Program-made: the position numbers and the translations under genes
Notes under the pieces: model-generated
Databases searched by the model: none
Told to the model about the DNA's origin: nothing
The model's input: only the letters and a program-made list of their open reading frames with translations
Assembly (NCBI RefSeq): GCF_006345805.1
Contig: NC_043006.1
Coordinates: 14,818,001-14,882,000, forward strand
Source of the DNA: Octopus sinensis
Lineage: Eukaryota
Direction: 5' to 3'
Length of the DNA stretch: 64,000 bases
Shown: piece by piece, positions 53,787-64,000 of the stretch
Layout: each line of letters starts with the position of its first letter
How positions within the stretch are numbered: position 1 is the first letter of the stretch

Positions 53787-54172
53787 GACATAAACAAACA
53801 ACCAAACATATAAAATAACTAATTTCAGATTTTCACAAAAAGTATTTAATTAGAAAATATGTAACAAGTGGCTAAAAAAACCCTGATATACAAAATGTAG
53901 CAACATATATTTTTTTGTATCACTTCTTATACAAGTGTTGCATTTTAACATAAAATGGAATGTTTTTGTTTTTGTTTGTACAATCAAGATAGATGATGTA
54001 TAGAACATCGTTTTATCTCTTAGATGTACCATGTCTCTTTAAACAAGCTTTGTTATATTCATCCAAATGGTGTCACACTTGTTTATTTTTTCTCAAATGT
54101 ACCCTTTAAAACCTCCCTCAGTCATTAATTTCTAGTAATAAAAACAATTAATCCACAATGAGTTGGTTTATT

Positions 54173-54206
<34 letters not shown>

Positions 54207-54437
54207 GCAGGATATATATCCCTGGAAAATACAAAAATAGATTTGGATATCCTGAGTTTGCAGAATGAATATGTTAAATGATTTAGAAGTCACTTATTAA
54301 ATGTAATTAGTATAGATTTTTCTTTTTAATTGCGGAGAAATCTGATTCTTTGAAATGATTACATTAGCATTGCAAAAAAGAAAATATTTCTTTTAAAAAT
54401 ATACATTTGAAGGTAACTGCAATTTGAAAACTCATTT

Positions 54438-54472
<35 letters not shown>

Positions 54473-54974
54473 TAATCCAAACAAGAAAACACAAAAAACA
54501 CAGCAACGCGAGGACGTGGAACAAATAAAGTATTATTGGACGCTCAGGAAAGAAGGGAAGAAGGAGGGTTTAACGTTTCGAGCGAAGCTCTTCGTCAGAA
54601 ACAAAGGAGAAGGAAAGATCCCGAGAAGGGAAGACAGAGGAAAAAAAATTGCTGGCGGTGCTCACGAGGTCACATGTCGCAGAATGTTGCACATATATAT
54701 ATGTATGTATGTATAAGGCAAAGAAGAAAATGGAGAAGGTAATTATATGACAAACATCAGCTGTTGTTTGTCAGCTAATAATCTTCTCCATTTTCTTCTA
54801 TGCCTTATAAATTCTGTGTAAACTTTTGTTTACCCCCACTCATACCTATTATTCAATTGTGCTATTGCCTTACAACACAGTAAGCATCTGGATATAAATA
54901 CATAGGTATACATCCAGTAGTATAGAAAATATTTATTATCCCTTAGAAGGTTGTTTAATCTCAAACTCATATAG

Positions 54975-55026
<52 letters not shown>

Positions 55027-57493
55027 GGATAATAAAAAATGTTCTTATTACAGTATAATATATTTGATAAAAATGAGTAGAGATGGCTTTTGTGGGGGTG
55101 ATTTTTATTTTAATGTTTCCAGTTACTCAAATGAGTCTCAAGCTTTTTGATAGTTTTTTGATCAGTTTTCAAACTGATATTCTGTGGTTTAGAAGGTTGT
55201 TTATATAGCAACAGATTTTTTCTTACAAGTATACAAATAAAATAATAAAAAAAAAGAAATAAAAGATAAAAATAATTTAAAAAAAAACAATAAAAAAAAC
55301 AACAAATATAAAAACTAATATAAAAATAAAAATAATAAAAGGATACAAAAAGTAAATACTGCAGCATGCATGAAAAAAAGAAAGGAAAAGAAAAAGAAGA
55401 AAAAAAAGAAGAAAAAAAAGTTGGGGGAAATGGAAAGAAAAAAAGTGGAAGGTAAGAAGAAAAAAAGTAGTTGAAAATGGTAGTGAGAAGAGATTAGACT
55501 ATCAGGAATAAAGAAATAGAATATGTTTAGGAGTGGTCAAAGAAAGTTGGTGAGTTCTTGCCAAAAGATGACCTTTGTGAATCTATTGATTTGAGGTCAT
55601 TTTATTCATTTTTACCATTTTCAACTACTTTTTGTCTTCATACCTTCCACCTTTTTTTCCTTTTTTCTTCTTTTTTCATACATACTGTTGTATATATTTT
55701 TGCATCCTTTTATAATTTTTTTATCTTCTTAATTTTTATATTTTTTATCTTTTTATTTCATATTAGTTTTTATATTCTTTATTTTTAAAATCTTTTTTTA
55801 ATTTAAAAAAAAATTTTTTTTCTATCTTTCATTTCCTATTTTTCTTTTTTTTTTTGTATACTTGTAAGAAAAAATGTGTTGCTATAGAAACCTTCTAAAC
55901 CACAGAATATCAGATTGAGCAACTGGAATAGAAATTATCCTCCCAACAGCCACCTCTACTCCTTTTTTCAAACATATATTATATATATAAATATATATAT
56001 ATATCATCATCATCATCATCTATATATATACATACATATATATATACATACATATATATATATACATACATATATATATACATACATATATATATATCCC
56101 CCTGGCACGTAAAAAGCACCCACTGCACTCGCGGAGTGGTTGGCGTTAGGAAGGGCATCCAGCTGTAGAAACTCTGCCAGATCAGACTGAAGCCTGGTGC
56201 AGCCCCTGGCTTCCCAGACCCCGGTCGAACCGTCCAACCCATGCTAGCGCGGAAAACGGACCTTAAACGATGATGATGATGATATATATATAAGTAATAT
56301 CTATCACCACAGCAATAATGGCTGTTTGACGGTACTACAGTTTTAACCCCAAGCAGATCCTCCTGCAGCTGGTTACCTGTGCAACCTGCACCCTGTAGAT
56401 ATTGCAAGCAAGGGAGCAAACCCCTACCATCCTCTAGCAGATTCTTACTACTGGAGGATCTGCCTGAGGTTAAAATGGCAGAAACGCTCAACAGCCACAT
56501 TGATATGGCGATAAACACTATTTATTAGTATCGTTACCATTTTCATCTCTTACTCTCTTTTACTTGTTTCAGTCATTTGACTGCGGCCATGCTGGAGCAC
56601 CGCCTTTAGTCAAGCAAATCGACCCCGGGACTTATTCTTTTTAAGCCCAGTACTTATTCTATCGGTCTCTTTTGCCGAACCGCTAAGTGACGAGGACGTA
56701 AACACACCAGCATCGGTTGTCAAGCAATGCTAGGGGGACAAACACAGACACACAAACATATACACACACACTTATATATATACATATATACGACAGGCTT
56801 CTTTCAGTTTCTGTCTACCAAATCCACTCACAAGGCATTGGTCGGCCCGGGGCTATAGCAGAAGACACTTGCCCAAGATGCCACACAGTGGGACTGAACC
56901 CGGAACCATGTGGTTGGTTAGCAAGCTACTTACCACACAGCCACTCCTGGTCACTTATTTCTCTATATATTGCAAGCTGGATCAAATCTCTGCTAAAGCT
57001 AGCAGTTGGGTGTTCATGACTGAAGATGGACACGACTAGCACAAAAATGTTTGCTCTTGTGATTCCGTTGTCTGCTAGAGGATGGTAGGGGTTCGCTCCT
57101 CTACTTACAATATGGAAAGGGTGCAGGTGACATCTATAACCAGCTGGTGGAAATCGGCTGGGAGCTAAAATGACAGAAACATTAACAGCCATATTGAAGT
57201 GGCGATAAATATTACTTCCTTAGTATGGTTGCTACTTTCATCTCTTATTGAGATTTTTCAACCTAGTTATGTTGCTTATACATATATGTATTTACACACA
57301 CACATATATATATATTTACATATCTATATATATGTGTAAATATATATATATATATGTAAATATATATATATATATATACATCATCATCATCATCATTATT
57401 TAACGTCCGTTCTCCATGCTAGCATGGGTTGGACGGTTCGACCGGGGATCTGGGAAGCCAGAAAGCTGCACCAGGCTCCAGTCTTATCTGGCA

Positions 57494-57526
<33 letters not shown>

Positions 57527-57592
57527 CACATACATATATATATGTATATATATATACATATATATATATACATATATATACAAATATATATT

Positions 57593-57654
<62 letters not shown>

Positions 57655-57747
57655 TACATATATATATGTATTTACGTATCTATATATATATTTATGTATC
57701 TATATATATATTTATGTATCTATATATATATATACATATATATTTAC

Positions 57748-57780
<33 letters not shown>

Positions 57781-60700
57781 TATACATGTATATATATTCT
57801 TTTATTCTCATACTTGTTTCAGTCATTTGACTGTGGCATGCTGGAGCACCACCTTTTAAATTCTTTAGTCAAAGGTTTTTAGGAAGGTGTCATCCCCATA
57901 GACTGGTGTTGCAGTATTATAGTTAGCTGCTACAATGGTGAAGATGATATCTTAGATAGAAATAACTACAGAGGTATCAAGCTGCTGGACCAGGTCATGA
58001 AAATTACAGAGAGTTATATCTCACTGAATTAAGCTACATGAGTTGCAGTTTGATTTTGTTCCTGGGAGAAGTACCAAAGATGCCATCTTCATAGTGGGAC
58101 AGTTGCAAGAAAAGTATTTGGCCAAAAGTAAATCATTGTACTTAGCCTTCATTGACCTGGAGAAAGCTTTTGACTGGGTTTCCTGCTCTCTTATCTGGTG
58201 GTCTCTAAGGAAGCTAGGAGTAGAGGAATGGATTATTAGAGCCATTCAAGCCAGGTACAGCGATGCCCTCAGTAAGGTGAGAGTTGGCCTTGAATACAGT
58301 GATGAATTTAGTGTACAAATTGGAGCTCACCAGGGATAAGTTCCTAGTCCACTCTTATTCACCATAATTCTCCAGGCCATAACAGAGGAATTCAAAACTA
58401 GATACCAACGGGAACTACTACATGCTGATGAATTTGCTCTTATTGCAGAATCTGAAGCAGAATTGGAGAAGTTCCAGGTTAGGAAGCAAAACCTGGAATC
58501 AAAGGGCCTTAAAGTTAACTTAGCAAAGACCAAAGTGGTTGTTAGCAAGAAAGCAGATAAGATTCTTCATCCATCAGGTAAATGGCCCTGCTCAATATGT
58601 AGGAAAGGAGTGGGATGTAATTCCATTTGCTGCATCAAGTGTAAGTTATGGATGCATAAGAGATGCTGTGGAATCATAGACAGGTTAACAAATAAGGTTG
58701 CTTTCATGTGTGGAAGATGTGCTGCGCACAAAGGGCTTAAAAACTCTCTCAAATGCCCAGGAGGTTCTCTTGAGGTAGTAGATAGTTTCTGCTATTTAGG
58801 TGACCAAATTGTCTGTCACTGAAAGTGGATGGTATCTGTAGAAGAGGGAAACTCAGAAAGACATGGGATAAAGTGATGAGGACTGATTTTAGGATGTTGG
58901 GGCTCCTAGAGGAAATGACAATGGACATGTTTGGTGATATGAGGTTCTAGAGAAGACCTGCCCATGTCGGCAAAACTGAGTGCTAGAAGAGTTGCATCCC
59001 ATCCACATGTAACTACAAACTTTTCACACACCCTACCCCAAGAAACTGAACTACATCTCCTCTTCTAACCAGTATTTTTCTCTTCATAAACTTTGTCTTC
59101 TAATCCCCTTTCCTGCCCTCTACCCAGGTTTTTGCCATGTCACTGCAATCCCCACTCCCTACTTATCTTCTTGGCAACACCTGACTGCATTTATTACAAC
59201 CTTTGTACCTCTCTTTTCTTTACTCTACCATCACATCCATGCTCTGATTCTTATTACTTGTGAGTATAACATAACACTTCATCTCTCTCCTGCTCTCTCT
59301 TATTCTATTGCTGTTTCATACTCTCTCTCTCTTTCCCTCTGGCTGGGTAGCTACATATCTCCTCTACAACAGCACACCTATTTTTGCCCTCATTCTTAGT
59401 CACTCTCTCTTTCTCTCTCTCACTGGGTAACCATGTACCTCCTCTATAGCAAGACACCTATTTCTCTGTCACACTCTAACCTTTCATCATCTGATACTGA
59501 ATTACCTCCTTCAATGCCCTCTCTGTTATAACAAGACACCTATTTTCAGCTTTCTGTCTCTTTGTCACCCTCTAACCTTTCATCCTGATATGAGTTCCCC
59601 TCCTCAAATATCCCTGTCCCTCTCATAATTCTTTGTCTTGCAAGTTACTTGGTGACCCTGCCAGAGCTGGTGCCACATAAAAAGCATCCAGATGTAAAAT
59701 TCATGCCAAAACTAACCTCACCTGTGCTTGTGCCATGTAAAATGCACTGAATCCACTCTGCAGACTGGTTGGTGTTAGGAAGGGCATCCAGCCATAAAAA
59801 CCCTGCCAAAACAGACATATCAGCATAGGGTAATTTTTCTACCTACTGTCCTACCCATGCATATATATATATATATGAGGAAATATTATTCCAAACTTAC
59901 TATATATATATATATATCTATATATATAAAACTCTAGTTGTGTGAGTGTCTGTCCCCTTCGATTTAGATTCCTAACTCCTCCCACATTTTGCGGTGCAGT
60001 TTAACCAAATTCGGGTATCTTATAGTCGTGATTCATATCGAGCCCGTCTGACTATTAGCGTGCGTCAACGATGAGTCTACGATTTTAAAAATAATTTAAC
60101 ATAATCTTTTATTCCATTTTAATGCATAAAATGCATCGTGTGTCGATGGCGGTGGAGTTGGCGTCCACGCTCACAGCTGCACCTGTTTGCTTCTCCCCCT
60201 TCCCTCCCTCGTGAAGCTGTGGGGAAGGGAGTGTAAAGAAATCAACGTCGTAATGCGTTGTGAAGGAAACCAGCGTTCTTTTAGAACAACGACTTCATGG
60301 CTTGAAGACACCAAAACAAAAATGGCTAAGAAAGCCCGAATTTATAAGGGAAGTAACTCTCTAAAAATGCTTATATAGTTATTTCCCTTACAAACCCGAG
60401 CAACGCCGGGCGATACTGCTAGTATATATATATATATACAGAACACCTCAATGCAACAAAGAATGAATAAAGAGGCAACATTCATCAATAAATATCTTCC
60501 CCAACTAAATATGAGCACATAACATAATACAGAACACTACTAACCTTTCAATTAATACCACTAACCCCCATACATCCCTTACACCATTCACATTACAATT
60601 CTATATCTAACCCAATTGCATCAAATCCAGAACTACTTACCTCCCTTACAAATAATCTTTTTTTTCTCAGGGACTATTAAACCTGACACCATCCATTAAT

Positions 60701-60854
60701 CAGTGTGCATTCAAAGCAATGAATAGTTGTATTCAAAGCAATGATTAATAACTTACGAAACCGGTATGCTTGAATCTATCTAATAATTTCACAATAAAGA
60801 CTTTTATTACTTTTATTCCTACCTCAGTTCATCTAATTGTATATATCTTTCCTT

Positions 60855-60927
<73 letters not shown>

Positions 60928-62796
60928 CTGTATACATACATATATGTATCATAACCATTTAATGTACACTTTTCCAAGCTTGCAATTTAAGGCAGAATTT
61001 CTATGGCACAATACCATTTCTGTTGTCAATCCTCACCCAGTTCCCCAAAATGGACTTGAGTATCCTGAGTATTTCATGGAAATGGACAACATTGTGAGAC
61101 AACGATGCTTGTCTATCACACAATTCATACAATGTCAATACAAAATTACACACATAGAAACACGAGCTTCTTTCAGTTTGCATCTACCAAATCTACTCAC
61201 AAGGCTTCGGTTGGCCAAGGTTATAGAAGAGACTAGCCCATGGTGCTGTTCAGTGGGACTGAACCAAGACTGCATGGCTGTGAAGCAATTAAAAAGAAGA
61301 ATCTGTAATAATCCTTTTCTACTATAGGCACAAGGGTTCAGATTCTTAGGGAGGTGGTTAGCCAAATACATTGACCCCAGTGCTCAGCTCTCACCTATTT
61401 CTTTAACCTCAATGGGATCAAAAGAAAAGCTGACCGTGGCAGAATTTGAACTCAGAATGTAAAGGCAAACAAAATACCTATTTCTTTACTACCCACAAGG
61501 GGCTAAACACAGAGGACAAATAAGGACAGACAAACGGATTAAGTCGATTATACTGACCCCAGTGCATAACTGGTACTTATTTAATCAACCCCGAAAGGAT
61601 GAAAGGCAAAGTCGACCTTGGCGGAATTTGAACTCAGAATGTAAAGGCAAACAAAATATCTATTTCTTTACTACCCACAAGGGGCTAAACACAGAGAGGA
61701 CAAACAAGGACAGACAAATGGATTAAGTCGATTATACTGACCCCAGTGCGTAACTGGTACTTATTTAATCAACCCCGAAAGGATGAAAGGCAAAGTCGAC
61801 CTCGGTGGAATTTGAACTCAGAATGTAAAGACAGACGAAATACTGCTAAGCATTTCGCCCGGCATGCTAACGTTTCTGCCAGCTCACCACCTTAACAAAA
61901 TACCACAAGGCATCTTTCCTGGTGTGCTAACAATGTAGCCAGCTCACTGCCTGAGGAGAAATCTGTATTAAAAGCATTTGATAAGCATCTCTCAAATGTT
62001 TACACAGTTGTTTTGTTTACTCGGGATATCCAGGTGTATTTCTGCATTTTTCTAGATTGTTTTTGTTTCACTAAAACTCCAATGATTAACAAAATTGTTT
62101 TCATTTTTGAAGCAAACTCATATTCATAACCTAATTAATAAGTAACCATTCAATGAGATTCAATGATCGACTTTTAACCATTTGCAAATTCATTTCACTT
62201 ACATGATATCCAAATCCAATTTTTGTATTTTTCAAGACTGTTTTGACTTCATTATCAGTTTCACAGATATATATATATATATATATATATATAATCAAAA
62301 TAAGCAACAAGTATATCTTCAGTAATTTGGTACGATCGTTTCATGCTGCTTCATTTAATCAAACATTGTAAACATTACAATGTTTAATAAAATGAAGTAG
62401 CATGAAATGGTCGTACCAAATTACCGAAGATATACTTGTTGCTTATTTTGATTATAATCATCCCACGGATTTATATGGATAATACCATACAAAATTCTCG
62501 TACCTCAGACTTAAGTACCATATTCATTTGAATCTAAATTTTGCTGAACTTATATATATATATATATATATTATATAAATATATATCTATTATATAAATA
62601 TATTATATATATATATAATTAATTAATAAGGGTGAGAGAATTAGATACTAATTTAATAGTATATCTATCTATTCAACACCAAGTGGCCCAGTGCCCCGAG
62701 AAACCTGGATTATTATAATATTTTATAATATATTATAATATTTTATACAAAAATAAATATAAGAGAGTGGTGAGCCATATAGTGACCACTCTCTTA

Positions 62797-62847
<51 letters not shown>

Positions 62848-63011
62848 AAAATCAAAAATTTCCCCCAATATAATAAAACAAAAATACTTGAATTTAGCTT
62901 TTGTAGCTAAAATTTTTTAAGGATTGCCATAAATCAGACTCTTCTAACATTGACTCTTTACCTGCTTTTTATATCACAATATGTTGGTGTTGTGTAAAAA
63001 TAGCCATCCAT
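52422..63011 (-). CDS. Weak candidate spliced gene (63011-62962, 62237-62203, 61112-61037, 52485-52422)
   Basis: Donors gtaaag, gtaagt, gtgagg; phases join to [74 protein letters not shown]; alternative frames are also open. Confidence 0.2.
52721..52872. repeat. Imperfect palindrome, ~150 bp
   Basis: aaattacaccatccagaaaattacatat / atatgtaattttctggatggtgtaattt. Confidence 0.9.
52907..53220. repeat. Perfect palindrome, ~152-bp arms
   Basis: ORFs 52866-53081(-) and 53046-53261(+) give an essentially identical peptide; loop 53059-53068. Confidence 0.95.
53296..53666. mobile_element. TIR element (~62-bp TIRs)
   Basis: aatttacaagataaggg.agaagaaaaattct.atgccaaatatgcc.aaacaaaaaattgt at both ends, inverted. 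Confidence 0.8.
54568..54602 (-). ncRNA. Minimal type I hammerhead ribozyme-like motif
   Basis: Minus strand: gttt-CTGACGA-a-gagc(ttc)gctc-GAAAC-GTT-aaac. Confidence 0.65.
55174..55913. repeat. A-rich/T-rich foldback (~300-bp diverged arms)
   Basis: ctgatattctgtggtttagaagg / ccttctaaaccacagaatatcag and gtagttgaaaatggta / taccattttcaactac. Confidence 0.7.
56292..57250. mobile_element. PLE-like 3' region in inverted and direct copies, with a SINE B inserted (56545-56948, -)
   Basis: 56292-56445 is inverted relative to 57075-57215; 56470-56550 is directly repeated at 57165-57247. Confidence 0.5.
57880..58820 (+). pseudogene. RTE LINE reverse transcriptase fragment
   Basis: [63 protein letters not shown]. 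Confidence 0.92.
59917..60422 (+). mobile_element. Non-autonomous Helitron
   Basis: A|TC ... cccgagcaacgccgggcgatactgCTAG|T. Confidence 0.9.
60430..60780 (+). mobile_element. Penelope-like endonuclease end and 3' region
   Basis: [20 protein letters not shown] resembles a GIY-YIG C-terminus; cgaaaccggt downstream. Confidence 0.5.
61372..61893 (-). mobile_element. SINE family A trimer
   Basis: Repeated ~165-bp body/tail units with one head. Confidence 0.88.
62291..62455. repeat. Imperfect palindrome next to (TA)n
   Basis: ataatcaaaataagcaacaagtatatcttc / gaagatatacttgttgcttattttgattat. Confidence 0.9.
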
Positions 63012-64000
63012 ACAATATGGAGTGGGAATGTCATTTGAAGATTTGCTTCCCAGAAAGTTTATGATTTATCAAAGTGTTTTATTCGCTAAAGGTAACATAG
63101 CCATTAACTTGTCCTTTGTGTGTGTGTGCGTGCAGCCACCCACCCGCACGCATCATGTAAGATATGAAACTTGTTACTGGAAATTAGTCTATGCAAACAA
63201 ACACAAGCTTCGCATACTTTATACCTATACATGTGTATGCATATATATGTATATATATGTATATATATATATATATATATATACATATATATAAATATAT
63301 ATATAAATACATGCACACATATATAAATGTGTACACATGCGTATATGTACATATATATATATATAAATACACACACATGCATACACATAAATATGTACAC
63401 ATGTATACATATATATATATATATATAATATATATATATATATATACACATATATGCACATACATACACACACATGCTTTATATATATGTATGCATGTAT
63501 GTATATATTATATATACACAATTACAGGAGATATGTATGTTAAATACAGAAAATATACTAGGGTTTATTCACGTGCATATGAGTACATAGATACATGTAC
63601 AGTTATGCCTGTGCACACATCTCTGGATGCTCCTTCAGTTTCACACCTCATTCAACAACGTTGCTTTCCACCTTAAAAATCTTTCCTTTTTATAACCTTC
63701 TGTTGCTTTAGAAAAAAACCCCAAAAAACTCTAAAAATAAAAATTTCATGTTGAGAAAATTCAAACTTTAAAAAAAAACCATAAATTACAAGGTTAACAA
63801 ATGTTGAAAAGATCAATGTATTGACCTGCTCTTAAAAAAAATATTTATAAGAAAGCTTAAAATAAACGCAAATTGAGATCGAAGATAATAAATAATTTAA
63901 ATGTTTTAAACGATATTTTTGGGTCTATGAATGGATCAAGATATGATTTTATAGAGGGCTGTCATGCCAAGTTTTGAGGATTCAGAAAATTTGATGAAGA

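Noticed and set aside
60710-60770. Hammerhead in the PLE remnant (cgaaaccggta)
   Set aside because: CTGANGA box is decayed and stem I is absent.

Overview
AT-rich, repeat-saturated eukaryotic DNA. The SINE, LINE and microsatellite families look like those of Octopus (inference from recognised repeat sequences). No host protein-coding gene could be named. Most listed ORFs are microsatellite or antisense-to-repeat artefacts. Recognisable coding relics are a Helitron PIF1-type helicase (41.8-43.3 kb), a full-length but broken mariner (44.8-46.1 kb), Gypsy pol, L1/Tx1 ORF1 and ORF2 pieces, RTE and CR1 LINE ends, hAT and Tigger fragments, and several Penelope-like (PLE) remnants. The most notable observations are: (1) three minimal type I hammerhead-ribozyme motifs in three different PLE remnants, one inside a 1.5-kb palindromic insertion with a 12-bp flanking duplication; (2) a dominant SINE whose 3' tail matches an L1/Tx1 LINE tail and which repeatedly forms headless multimers; (3) a GGATC-ended foldback family with 8-bp TSDs and a TTAGGG core; (4) a 309-bp array built from chimeric MITE copies; (5) a run of palindromes separated by (TA)n. 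Two weak, phase-consistent exon chains may be unannotated genes. Many repeat boundaries are approximate.
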